A DNA stretch of 64,000 nucleotides from Eledone cirrhosa (Eukaryota). Where the stretch lies: NCBI GenBank assembly GCA_964016885.1, contig OZ024740.1, positions 74,710,001 to 74,774,000 on the forward strand, given 5' to 3'. Shown here in pieces: positions 36,742 through 49,279 of the stretch. The notes beneath the pieces are model-generated. The model saw only the letters and a list, made by a program, of their open reading frames with translations, ran no database searches and was not told the origin of the DNA. Positions within the stretch are counted from its first letter, which is position 1, and every line of letters starts with the position of its first letter. The position numbers and the translations under genes are program-made.

Positions 36742-37737
36742 ATGAAACATAGTCTTTTGTACTGTTATTACTGTATAATTACTATGAAACATAGTCTTTT
36801 GTACTGTTATTACTGTATAATTACTATGAAACATAGTCTTTTGTACTGTTATTACTGTATAATTACTATGAAACATAGTCTTTTGTACTGTTATTACTGT
36901 ATAATTACTACGAAACATAGTCTTTTGTACTGTTATTACTGTATAATTACTATGAAACATAGTCTTTTGTACTGTTATTACTGTATAATTACTACGAAAC
37001 ATAGTCTTTTGTACTGTTATTACTGTATAATTACTATGAAACATAGTCTTTTGTACTGTTATTACTGTATAATTACTATGAAACATAGTCTTTTGTACTG
37101 TTATTACTGTATAATTACTACGAAACATAGTCTTTTGTACTGTTATTACTGTATAATTACTATGAAACATAGTCTTTTGTACTGTTATTACTGTATAATT
37201 ACTACGAAACATAGTCTTTTGTACTGTTATTACTGTATAATTACTATGAAACATAGTCTTTTGTACTGTTATTACTGTATAATTACTATGAAACATAGTC
37301 TTTTGTACTGTTATTACTGTATAATTACTACGAAACATAGTCTTTTGTACTGTTATTACTGTATAATTACTATGAAACATAGTCTTTTGTACTGTTATTA
37401 CTGTATAATTACTACGAAACATAGTCTTTTGTACTGTTATTACTGTATAATTACTATGAAACATAGTCTTTTGTACTGTTATTACTGTATAATTACTATG
37501 AAACATAGTCTTTTGTACTGTTATTACTGTATAATTACTACGAAACATAGTCTTTTGTACTGTTATTACTGTATAATTACTATGAAACATAGTCTTTTGT
37601 ACTGTTATTACTGTATAATTACTATGAAACATAGTCTTTTGTACTGTTATTACTGTATAATTACTACGAAACATAGTCTTTTGTACTGTTATTACTGTAT
37701 AATTACTATGAAACATAGTCTTTTGTACTGTTATTAT
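36742..37737. repeat. 42-bp minisatellite, about 24 units, single T/C variant
   Basis: Unit A(T/C)GAAACATAGTCTTTTGTACTGTTATTACTGTATAATTACT. Explains ORFs 36688-37716 and 36742-37767. Confidence 0.98.
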
Positions 37738-37995
37738 AATAAATTACTGTATTTTGAGCTGTTTTAACTTCTCCACTTATCTCTTTCCAATTTTTTACAT
37801 TGGTTTTGTAAAAAACGATGTTTTTCATATATATATGTATATATGTAATTAAATATGTATATGATGCAACACTGATTCTTTGTTCCTTTATATATTAATA
37901 CTATTGATACTCTGCTCCCCAGGAGTATTGCTCACCCAGCATATCACCTACGGATGCAATTAACTTGCACCTTAACACCTATGTATGTATGTATG

Positions 37996-38042
<47 letters not shown>

Positions 38043-38399
38043 TGGTGATACAGTTCCTGTATGAGCAAGGCATGGTCAGCCGACCAGACACTGCCCACAA
38101 CAGGACAACCCATCTAACCCATGCTAGCATGGAAGAATGGACGTAAAACGGTGATGATGATGATGTATATATATATATACACACATATACATATAAACAC
38201 ACACACTTATATACATATAAACACACACACTCATATACATATAAACACACACACTTATATACATATAAACACACGCACTTATATACATATAAACACACAC
38301 ACTCATATACACAGCCACTTTACTGTGAAACCCAATATTAAAACATTTTTCTTCCCTCCTATAATTATTTTGTCATTCTCTCACAAAATATTCTTCTCT

Positions 38400-39160
38400 C
38401 TCTAGACCAACATTCTCCCTCCCTCACTAAACCACCACCCTCTCTCTCTCTATATCCGATTACATATCTCACTCTCTCCCTCTCTCTATATCCCACTATA
38501 TACCCCACTCTCTCTCACTCTCACAAGGCCAGTAAACTCTCTCCCTCTCTCTATAACCCTCTACATAACACACTCTCACAATTCCCCCTCTCTCACTAGA
38601 CCAAAAATACTCTCCCCCTCTCTATATTCCACTACATACTTCACTCTCATTCAATCTCACAATTCTTCCTCTCTCACTAAACCAACAAACTCTCCCCCCC
38701 TCACTCTATACTACTACATAGCTCTCTCACAATCTCTCAGTAGACCACCAACCAATCTCCCCCTCTCTATATCCTACTACATACCTCACTCTTGCTCACT
38801 CTCACAATACCTTTTTTTTCACTAAACCAACAAATTCTCTCCCCTTCATTCTATACCACTACATAACTCGCTCTCTCACAATTCCCCTCTCTCACTAGAT
38901 CAGCAATCAATCTCCCTCTCTCTATACCATTACATATCTCTCCCTCTCTCACAATTCCTCCTCTCTCACTAAATTCTCTCCCCCTCTCTATATTCCTCTA
39001 CATACATCACTCTCTTTCACTCTCACAATACCCTCTCACTAAAACAACAAATTATCTCTCGCTCTCTATATTCCACAACATACCTTACTCTCTCTCTCTC
39101 ACAATTCCCCCGCTCACTAGACCACCAATTCTCTCTCCCTCTCTATATCCCACTACAATA
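38400..39160. repeat. Degenerate CT-rich tandem array
   Basis: Recurrent CTCTCTATATCCCACTACATA...CTCTCACAATTCCCC...CACTAGACCA blocks. Confidence 0.7.
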
Positions 39161-39717
39161 TTTTTTACTTTGAAACAACAAATATTTTCATCTTCTGTAA
39201 AGAACAATAAAGTTTTCCATCCAAACCCCCACCTTTTGAACCCATGGTGTGTGGGGGAGATCTTTCTTTTGTTTTGGTGGTGTGCATTTGTTGAATTATT
39301 TGTCAGGAGTTTAAAATATTTGATGGTGGAGGGTAGTGGTGGCGTAGAGGGTGTCGGTGGTTGTAGTGTGGTGTTGTTAGTGGTGTTTGTTTATTTTAAA
39401 TGTATCTGTCTATCTATATACTACTAAAACTCTGTGATTGTGTGCTTGTCTGTAATCTAATACAACCAAAACGGCACATAATGGGAAAATACTTTGAAAT
39501 GGGAAATACAAATGGAATAAAACAAGTTTTGTAGAGAGAGAAGAAAAATGGAAGAGAGAGAGAGAGAGTGCTGGTGGTGTTGTTGAATGAAATTATAACA
39601 GGTGACTTCAAAGAATCGAATACAGCATTACTGTATCTAACTACAATTTGGTGACTGAATATTAAGTCATATGTATCTCATAACTTGTGTTAGGAAGGGT
39701 TTCTAAGTTTGTGTATA

Positions 39718-39792
<75 letters not shown>

Positions 39793-40765
39793 CTGTCATC
39801 ATCAGCATCATCACCGTTTTACATCCATTCTTCCACGCTAGCATGGGTTAGACGGGTTGTCCTGTTGTGGGCCATGCCAGGTCGGGTGACCATGTCTTGC
39901 TCATACGGGAACTCATTTTGGCTTGGTTTCGACAGCTGGATGCCCTTTCTAACACCAATCTCATTTATAGTGGGTACTGGGTGCTTTTTTTTAACCTGGA
40001 ACCTACAATACCACTTTACATTGTGGACTTGGTGCTTTTTTATCATGACACCTCCATGACCACTTTGAAGTGGGAGTGGGTGGGGGCATATTGTCTATAT
40101 GCTTCAGCTTCAGCTTGTACCCGTATGTGTGTGTGTGTGACCAGTCTATATAGGTCACAGACACCCACATTTATATATATATATATATACACACATATAT
40201 ATATGGGCCTTCCAATTTCATTTTACATTATATACATGTCTGTGTATATTTTGATTATTTTAAAATTATCTTTAAGTGAACATGATTTTTTAAAAAATAT
40301 CTTAAGTAAATGTCACCTAATGGGTCACAGGTGGTCAAGTATATATATATATTCACTATAATTTTTTATTGCATGATATATATTTCTGTTGCATGGTTAT
40401 TCATATGGCTTTATCAGATGCTTACACAATCATAGATACAGTTATACAATCATTGGGATATGCTGATATAACTATCCTGTGGTGATGTGGGTTGGCAACT
40501 AATTATAAGGAACATTCTTCTGCAATACACACACACACACATATATATATCATCATCTCATCATCATCTTCGTTTAACGTCCATTTTCCACGCTAGCATG
40601 GGTTAGACGCGAGTTGTCCCACTTGAGGCAAGGTTGGTCGGGTGACCGTGTCTCGCTCATATAGGACTATCTGGCAGGTTTTCTACGGCTGGATGCACCA
40701 ACCACATTTACAGTGTGGAACTGGGAACTTTTTACCGTGTTACCTATATATGTATATATACAAAC

Positions 40766-40819
<54 letters not shown>

Positions 40820-40862
40820 TAATTCAAAATATTAACAAAATAGACATTCGTGTGATCAAGTA

Positions 40863-40929
40863 TATTTTATTATACATATTTCAGAGGTACTGAGCTATTT
40901 TCAACAGTACGTCCTCATCAGATAAAATA
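40863..40929 (-). ncRNA. Minimal hammerhead in the 3' pseudo-LTR
   Basis: TATTTTAT CTGATGA ..GTACTG..CAGTAC.. GAAA TATGTA TA ATAAAATA. Confidence 0.7.
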
Positions 40930-41437
40930 AGATGATGCATGACATACCTTGACTTAATAGATTGTTAAGATTCAGTCATGGTAGTGAATATGATATGACA
41001 AGACTCAATATTTATATACCTTAAGATTGAGACATGAAAAAATTTACGTATAATACAGAGGGTGCGTGTGAGAAAGCTTAAAGATACATAGTAGCAATTT
41101 ACATAACTGTTAGAGATTCAAATTATTTAAATTATTGAAGAAAGAAGAAAGACAGAGAGAAACAGATGAGGAAAAAATATAGTTCCTAGAAGTATAGAAA
41201 GCAAAAGAGAGTTGATCAAGGATAGAGAGACAAAGAGGAATAATTTTTATAGTATAAAGCATAGATAAATACATGAATATACATTTGGGCATAGCTTTGT
41301 GAAAGAGTAAACTCGAATCTTTGAATTATCTAGAAGTATCCATCAATGTAAATATTAAATATATCTGGGTGTAATTATATGAGGGTTTAATTTCGAGTCC
41401 TTAGTTAATTAGAAATATACTAACAATTAATTATATA

Positions 41438-41925
41438 TGTACAGCCACCGGAAATAACATCTGTGAAATATACAGCGCCATCTACCTGTTAGCTAGCTAC
41501 CTCAACGTGAAACAAAAGAACCCCTAAAACCTACCAGAATAAACGCCTACTCAGCGGCTAAACATCAAACGATTATTTCTGTATAAATAGAGTGGTTCCA
41601 AACACTTCAGCAGTCGACTTTTGGCAGAGTCAGCTAGCGTATCGTTGTTCCTTTACTCTGCCACGCTTTGTCACTCACACATGCCTTGTACGCTTCATGT
41701 GAAAATAAATAGCTGATCGAATTTACATCTCGCCTTGCTTCGTCCTTTCAACTTGTGCTTTCGTCTGTCCATCCTCAACAGTTCTTTTAAGGGCTATATG
41801 CGACAACAGTCCTTTTAAGGGCTATCTTCAGATCTGATCAGACCGTATGCGATAACAGTCCTTCTAAGGGCTATTCTCGGATCTGATCAGAAGTAGTGAC
41901 TAGACTGACTAACCACGTCGCTACA
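41438..41925 (+). mobile_element. Solo LTR (488 bp) of the Gypsy family at 48053-52010
   Basis: TGTA...TACA ends with TATA on both flanks (4-bp TSD). Reverse complement of 51512-52010 apart from scattered substitutions and an 11-bp indel. Confidence 0.93.
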
Positions 41926-42705
41926 TATACACTATATATATCGAAACGTATCCGGCTGACCGTTAAATTTCGAATTCTTTATGTTAGTTCAGAATAATGA
42001 ATAATCTAAAGGTATAATATTTCAGGCTATAAAAATTTATAAATATTAATATTAAAGTATACTAACATGTTTAATTTAAAAAATCATATTTAAAGTATTT
42101 GCAAACATGAGAAAGAGACTTAGTATTTTCATCCACACGAAGGTAATCCATATTAAATTATATTATCTTATATTATTTTCCTATATTAAAATAATTCTCA
42201 TTATATAATTTAGAAAATAATTACAGTTATAACATTAAACATTTTAAATTAACAATTAGAATGCCCTAAAATATCTAAAGGCCTTATAATTAAACTTAAA
42301 AAAGTCATTATTAAATTAGATATATGCATTTGTCTAAATATATACTAAGAATATATTGTCTAAAGTTCAAGACGATATTACATAACATAATATAATATAA
42401 TAAATAAGTTACTGTTAATATTGTTAAAATTAAGGTTTTAGATCAATTATTATATTAGGATCATGTAATACATATATACTATAAAAATTTAATGAATCAT
42501 AAGGATACGAACGAGATTCAAAATAAATAAGTAAATTGTTTGCGATCATATAAGTGCCAAATATTTAAGCTATATAATTAAAAAATACTAGAAAACTTTT
42601 AAGGATCTATATAGTAGTATAGTATCATATTCAAAGTGTCTGCAGACATGAGAGAGAGCAAACTTAAGATTTTCATCATCCCGAATTTAATTAAATTAAA
42701 AAAAT

Positions 42706-42890
42706 AATTGTTTCTACATTTGGCACAAGACCAGCAATTACCCCAGTGTATTACTGGTGCTTTATTTTATCGATCCCGTAAAGATGAAAGGCAAAGTTAA
42801 CCTCGGCGGGATTTGAACTCAAACCATAAAGGGACGTAACTCTTTACTGCAAAGCATGGCGTCCGACCCTCTACCAATACTGCCAATCCA
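42706..42890 (-). mobile_element. tRNA-derived SINE nested in the PLE
   Basis: Reverse complement of the 17103/54335 family. Confidence 0.85.
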
Positions 42891-43215
42891 CATAATGTTA
42901 TATAATTTAGAAAATATTTAACAATTATAACACTAGAATGTCCTTAAGTATCTAGTACTTATAAATGTATCTAGAGGCCTGTTATTAAACCAGATATTCA
43001 CATTTGTTCAAATATATACAGATTATTCCGTTCGGAACTCAAGACGATATTAGTGATCCATATACATATAATAAATAAATAATAAAATAAATAATAAAAT
43101 CATTATTAGTAAAGTTATAATTGAAGTTTAACATCAAGTTAAGTGGAAAAAGTTTGTCGACTAGGATCGTGTACGACGCATATACCATACATATAAATAA
43201 ACAAATATAGATATA

Positions 43216-44106
43216 CTAGCATTAAAGCCCGGCGTTGCTCGGGGACATTAAGTTACCAAAGTTAGGTTGCACCACCCATTTTATGGCAGCGCTTTTTTGT
43301 CTGCCAGGCACTGGGTGAATGAATTGCAGACCTGGAAGCATGAGCTGCGCCAGCAGTGACAATTGTAGTTTCGCCTATGGATATTATCTCTGTGCAAAAA
43401 AGTGTTGAAATTTATTGTTTCACAGTACTTGCGCAACACGCGCGTAGACGATGCCAGCCGAACAACAGAGCTGCGATGGAGTTGTTCTGCATGGTTGTCT
43501 GTGTGTTTTCTAAATGTAAGACAGTAGGGAGGGTTGTGATATGAGGGAGAGTTGGCTGTTGTTTCTAGCAGGTTTAGTGACCTCATAGAGGATATGTGTT
43601 TTCTAAATTTAAGACAGTAGGGAGTGGTGTGATATGGGGGAGAGTTAGCTGCTGTTTCTAGCAGGTTTAGTGACCTCATAGAAGATATGTTTTCTAAATT
43701 TAAGACAGTAGGGAGGGGTGTGATATGGGGGAGAGTTAGCTGCTGTTTCTAGCAGGTTTAGTAACCTCATAGAGGATATGTGTTTTCTAAATTTAAGACA
43801 GTAGGGAATGGTGTGAACGGACAATATCACCATCAAGCTTGGAAAGAGAGAGTAGCAGAAAGTATGAAGTTGTATAGATTTTGAATGGTAGTAGAAAGAG
43901 TTTATTAGTTTAAATGAGAGAGAAAAATCGTAAAATATTGAGTTTTATCTATTTTTTGCGTAATTGTGGGTGAAATTGAAAAAATTATCTGCGTCAAGAC
44001 GCAATCGAAACTATTTCGAATACTGAATTGTAAATTTCAATTGAAGAAATTCTATATCGTAGATTTCTATAACGAAGGAGCATGACCACACATTGAGCTT
44101 TATAGA
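43216..44106 (-). mobile_element. Non-autonomous Helitron with an internal tandem repeat of about 92 bp (43505-43808)
   Basis: Minus strand starts TCTATAAAGCTC and ends CCCGAGCAACGCCGGG..CTAG|T. Confidence 0.75.
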
Positions 44107-44436
44107 TTATGATAAATCAAACATCCTAAATCTTAAAACTAACATACTCCAAAAGCATAAATACAGAAATACATAAAAGCATGAATTGTTTACGGTTCAT
44201 TACAACTGTCAACGATATAAGCTATATATTTAAGAAAATACAAGAATCCCAATCAAATTAAATGTATCTACGCAATCAAAAGATATGCATATTCATCAAG
44301 AAATCATGTTAACAATCTATATGTTAATATATTTATATAGAACCCTTAATCTAACATTAATCATATCATAAATGAGTAAGAAAATTATTATAACATATTG
44401 CGCACTTAGTTGATACGAAACGTCAAAAATTAGAAC

Positions 44437-45099
44437 CTATTTATTTAGTGTTTTTTCCTGATTTTTTTGCGAGGCTTGGAATGTAGAGGAAACTTTATGA
44501 AGGCAATTTGAGAATAATTCACTTTTTTTGTTAATTAAATTATCATAATTAGTAATTATTAATAGGGTCTCCATAGTACAGAGATTGCAGTTAGGTGGTA
44601 TTGAAGAATTCGAGTATATTCGACTATTACACAGCTTCGACCAAAAAATCGAGTATTTTAAATTTTTGTCTTTTAACGACCATATAAGTTGTGATAAAGA
44701 AGTCGAAGATTTCCTATTAGGATTCGAAAAAGAGTATTTATGATTCGCGAATCTTAATTTAAATGTCGATGAAGTTGCACGAATATAGTTGTATGTGATG
44801 TTATTTGCTTTTACGGTGCATTTATAGACCAGATTGCTATCCAGACAATTATTTTGCAGAGGGCAATTTGATCTATTTCTACAATTACATTTCGATTTAT
44901 TGTTATTACTATAAACTGGACAATTGACAATAACATTGTTAGTACTTTGAAGTGTTCTATTGATTGTGCTTAGATTAATGTTATTGTTATTCCTAGTATT
45001 AATATTGCTAGTGTTATTATATTCATTATCGTTAATTGTTTGTTGATTATTATTTAGAATTCTACTATTTATTTTTGCGATGTTCTGGGCCATATTCAT
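44437..45099 (-). pseudogene. PLE GIY-YIG endonuclease domain
   Basis: CNCRNRSNCPLQNNC, LVYKC..YIR (GIY-YIG degenerate), FKLRFANH, CNLCTME and INKKSE. Confidence 0.85.
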
Positions 45100-46200
45100 A
45101 GTAGTAGAATAAGAAAGCTTAATTGTGTGTCTGTTAAATATGGAACGGTATTTGTGTTGAATGGGGAAGCATTTATCTAAAACTTTAAAGAATAGATTTG
45201 CGAGTGGTGTTTTATTGCCACAGAAGCTGGGGGGGGGGGGGATATAACTGATTTAGTTCTGATTTTTTTCACCGATTTATTCACGGTATTGGTGTTTGTA
45301 TTATAATTTTTAGAATCTCGTTTGTATATGTTAGTCTTATTTTTATCAAGATTATAATTCAAATTATTATTATCTATATATTCAATATTATTTTTATAAC
45401 CTGCCTTTCGTAGCGCGTCATTATAATATCCTTCTTTTTCATCAAATATGGATTTATTAGCGGATATTCTAGTTTTGCGTTTCTGTACACTATTGCATTT
45501 TTCACGGATTTAGGGTGATTAGAGTAATAGCTAACGTAATTTAAGTTTTCATTGGGCTTAGGGAAAGGGTAATAAGAACCTGAGTTTAAGTTAAGGGTAA
45601 CGTCAAGGAAATTAACTATTTTGGTGCTACTTTCAACTTCTAATCCAAGGTCATAATTTTTAAAGAATTCAATTATAGTTTTCTTAACCCTATTTAATTA
45701 TGTTTGACAACCGTAAATAAAATATCGTCCCTATATAAACCACCAGTAATCTCCGGCAGTTTTCTATTTACCATATTTAAGATAAAAATCCCCAGAAGAT
45801 CGGTGACCTGCGCTGAGTCCGATGATCCCATGGTAATGTCAAAGTTTCTATTCCTATCTGAACGGGTCCAATACTCATTGTTGAAATTAATTAGAGTTCT
45901 TCTAGCAGTTAATATGATATTGATTTCATCCGTAGTTAGATCTGTATGTTTGTAAGCATAAGACAAAGCCTTATTTAATAGGTTAGGTGTAATAGAAGAA
46001 TAATAGCTTGCTATGTCCATTTGGATGAATTTGTGATTTTTCTTATTATCTATATTTTTAAACCAGTCAATCACTTCATTAGTGTCCTTCCATAAGCTCA
46101 ATTTAGACTTCAATTTCAGAGTAGGTAGAATTCTATCAATAATATTCTTACAGATTACTCCAATATCCGATTTAGATGGAGCTATCAGTCTCACCATATT
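45100..46200 (-). pseudogene. PLE reverse transcriptase and thumb, frameshifted
   Basis: RLIAPSKSDIG, FIQMDIASYY, FDITMGSSDSAQVTDL and GGLYRDD. Confidence 0.85.
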
Positions 46201-46331
46201 AAAATAAATAAAAAAAAATGTTTTCATGTCTCAATCTTAAGGTATATAAATATTGAGTCTTGTCATATCCTATTCACTACCATGACTGAATCTTAACCAT
46301 CTACTAAGTCAGGGTATGTCATGCATCATCT

Positions 46332-46398
46332 TATTTTATCTGATGAGGACGTACTGTTGAAGATAGCTCAGTACCTCTGAAATATGTATAATAAAATA
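46332..46398 (+). ncRNA. Minimal hammerhead in the inverted pseudo-LTR
   Basis: Same motif as 40863-40929. CTGATGA at 46340-46346 and GAAA at 46379-46382. Confidence 0.7.
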
Positions 46399-46535
46399 TA
46401 CTTGATCACACGAATGTCTATATTTGTTAATATTTTGAATTAATATTAATAACTCCGGAAAACCAAACTGTTGAGTGCTTCCAATCTATTGTAAAACTGA
46501 TTCTTTGATTTATTCATTGAACCTTGTTTAACCTT

Positions 46536-46574
<39 letters not shown>

Positions 46575-46576
<2 letters not shown>

Positions 46577-47365
46577 GTAATCTGAGTTTTTCGAATATTA
46601 ATAATAATATTTGATTCGTTTGCAATTATGCAAACAGCCTCTTTTTAAGCCATGTCAGTAGAATGAGCCCCTCATTCTTCCTCTTGTGTTGGCATGTCAA
46701 CAGAACTGCAGATACTAATGTTTCTGGGTGATTACCCTTCATCAGTTCACTGGTCACCTGCCAACTGTCAGAGCTAGTGAAAATATATGATATTTTCTAA
46801 AATATACAGTGACTGATCGGCCTGATTTGCATATTAGTACGCTGGTTGATCAGTCAGATCTGCATTTTAGCAGATCCACTGATCAACCAGATTTGCATAT
46901 CAGCAGATAGGCCAGTCAGTTTCATGTATACGTGCGATTAATGGCCGGCTTTGCCATATTCAAATAACTAAAAAAAAAAAGTTATCGCTCTACATGACTG
47001 AATACAATAAATGTAATCTGAGTTTTTTGAATGTCAATAATAATATTCGATTAGTTTGCAATTATGCAGACACCCTTTTTTAAAGCCATATCAGTAGAAT
47101 GAGCCCCTCATTCTTGCTCTTGTGTTGGCATGTAAACAGAACTGCAGACATTTATGTTTCTGGTTGATTACCTTTCATCAGTGCAGTTCACTGTTCACCT
47201 GCCAACTGTCAGAGCTACTGACATGACTTAAAAAGAATCTGTTTACATTATTGCAAACGAATTGAATATTCGAATATTATTCGAATATTATTATAAATAT
47301 TCGAAAAATTCAGATTATATTTATTGTATTCAGCCATGTAGAGCGATAATTTTTTTTTTAGTTAT
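46575..47365 (-). mobile_element. Non-coding PLE/retrozyme-like element with direct repeats (46575-46778, 47030-47218) and an inverted repeat (46965-47097 / 47215-47365)
   Basis: Repeats read directly from sequence. Each direct repeat carries a hammerhead core. Flanked by (TA)n. Confidence 0.65.
47139..47189 (-). ncRNA. Type I hammerhead, GUC site (sister copy at 46703-46749 has a damaged stem I)
   Basis: GAACTGCA CTGATGA AA GGT AATCA ACC A GAAA CAT AA ATG TC TGCAGTTC. Confidence 0.7.
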
Positions 47366-48052
47366 ATATATATATATATATATACATAAACACTATATCA
47401 TCATCATGATCATTTCTGTTTAACGTCAATTTCCATGGGTTGCATGGGTTAGACGGGTCATCCACGCCAAGAGCCAAGTCTGGCCAGGGCTGGACATGTG
47501 TCGCACCTTGCTCCGGCGAGGACTGTAAATTTGGCTGAGTATTTTACAGCTGGATGCCCTTCCTAACACCAACTACATTTACAGTGTGGAACTGGATGGT
47601 TCCGTTATGAGGAGGGACAGGCCAGTTGGCCGCACCAAACCCATCTCACAATGGGACCATATTTTCAGAGATCAACCTATCACACAGTGGGAGTCATAGT
47701 TTTGGAGCCCGGTACTGGACGACACCACTATGAGGAGGGACAGGTGCAGAACCACAGTTTGGGAGCCTGGCATTGGCTGGCACCACTATATGAAAAGACC
47801 AGTGATACCACTATGGAGAGGGACAAGCCAGTTGGCCGTGCTGAACCCTTCTCACAGCAGCATCCCAGTTCCGAAGCCGGGCACTCTCCACGCGATGTAG
47901 ACTTCCCAATAAAAAACTGGACTCTGGCAGCCTGGGACTGGATGGCACTGCTATGAGAAGAGACAGGCCAGTTGGCTGCACCAAACCTCTCTCACAGCAT
48001 ATATATATATATGAAGGGTTGCACGAAGACTGATTAAGAAACTCACTTGAGG

Positions 48053-49279
48053 TTAACGGTAATTCACATATTGTGCCAACTTGGCGGGCCAATGGACGCG
48101 TCGTCCGCTTCTCGTGACTGGAGATGAAATAGGTGGCTCGCTGGGACAGCAGTTTGTTGGAATTTCTGGTGTAGAGACTGTAACAGTATTCATGATGGCT
48201 TTTTTTAATCTGTCCACGCTGACAGAATTCTGTTTACCATCTAGATCGAGAATAAAATATTTCGGATATTTTTTTAGAACACGATAAGGGCCAGAATATG
48301 GAGGTCGAAGATGAGCTGAGATGGTGTCGTTTCGAACGTAAACGTGTGTCCAATCTTTAATGTCTGAAGGTACGTGTGTGGCCGTGTTCTGTTGACGGGT
48401 GCTTGCAGGAGCAAGGTGAGACACATATTGTCGAAGACGGTGTACGTATGATCCTGGGTCTGTAATATCCTGAGGAGAGATGGGAGCAACCATCTGACCA
48501 GGTAGAACCAGGGTGGTGCCGTACACTAATTCTGCAGGTGTGTGTCCGAATTCCTCCTTAATGGTGGATCGAATGCTCAGAAGGATGAGTGGCAGGTATT
48601 CAAACCAGTGGGTCTTGTCTGGATATGCTTTTATTGCAGCTTTCAATTGACGATGGAATCTTTCCACGCGACCATTAGCTTGCGGGTGATAAGCTGTCGT
48701 GCGGATGTGTTTACATCCTAACAGGCGAGTCAGTTCCCTGAAGAGGTGGGAGTCAAATTGGCGTCCTCTGTCCGTTGTTATCTTCGCTGGGGCGCCATAA
48801 CGTAATACCCAGTGTAAAACCAAAGTTTTAGCGAGTGTTTCTGCTGAGGTATCATTTATGGGAAAAGCCTCAGGCCAACGAGAAAATCGATCTATGCAGG
48901 TGAGCAAGTGTGTGTAGTTCTGTGATGGTGGTAGAGGTCCGACGATGTCAATATGCACATGATGAAAATGTGCATCAGGTTGCACGAATGTGCCGAGTAG
49001 AGTTTTGATGTGTCTGTGGACTTTGGCTTTCTGGCAGGCAATGCAGCTCCTGGACCAGTCGCGCACGTCCTTGTTAATGTTAGTCCACATAAAACGAGCA
49101 GAGATGAGTTTCTGTGTAGCCCGGATTCCCGGGTGAGACAAGCAGTGTAAAGCAGAAAAAACTTGTCGACGATGCATCTGTGGTACGTACGGTCGTTCAT
49201 GACCAGTAGAAAGGTCGCACCAAATTTGTCCCGGAGAAGAAGGAATGGGAACTTGCTGAAACTTGAGGGATGGCGAATC
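48053..49279 (-). CDS. Gypsy integrase (frameshifted from pol)
   Basis: HHCC zinc finger, [26 protein letters not shown] and PPYSGPY. Confidence 0.92.
   Translation of the reverse strand, partial: DSPSLKFQQVPIPSSPGQIWCDLSTGHERPYVPQMHRRQVFSALHCLSHPGIRATQKLISARFMWTNINKDVRDWSRSCIACQKAKVHRHIKTLLGTFVQPDAHFHHVHIDIVGPLPPSQNYTHLLTCIDRFSRWPEAFPINDTSAETLAKTLVLHWVLRYGAPAKITTDRGRQFDSHLFRELTRLLGCKHIRTTAYHPQANGRVERFHRQLKAAIKAYPDKTHWFEYLPLILLSIRSTIKEEFGHTPAELVYGTTLVLPGQMVAPISPQDITDPGSYVHRLRQYVSHLAPASTRQQNTATHVPSDIKDWTHVYVRNDTISAHLRPPYSGPYRVLKKYPKYFILDLDGKQNSVSVDRLKKAIMNTVTVSTPEIPTNCCPSEPPISSPVTRSGRRVHWPAKLAQYVNYR

Larger units (their letters stand above)
40820..46537 (-). mobile_element. Penelope-like element (Naiad-type), 5'-truncated, with inverted upstream pseudo-LTR and nested insertions
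   Basis: RT and GIY-YIG ORFs on the minus strand. 40820-41040 is the reverse complement of 46221-46442. Bounded by (TA)n on both sides. Confidence 0.85.

Noticed and set aside
36688-37767. ORFs of about 340 aa on both strands
   Set aside because: Translations of a 42-bp tandem repeat, with no splice or homology support.
44780-44895. Selenocysteine recoding in the Naiad-like endonuclease
   Set aside because: The Cys codons of the CxCx5C motif are TGT/TGC and the endonuclease ORF has no in-frame TGA.
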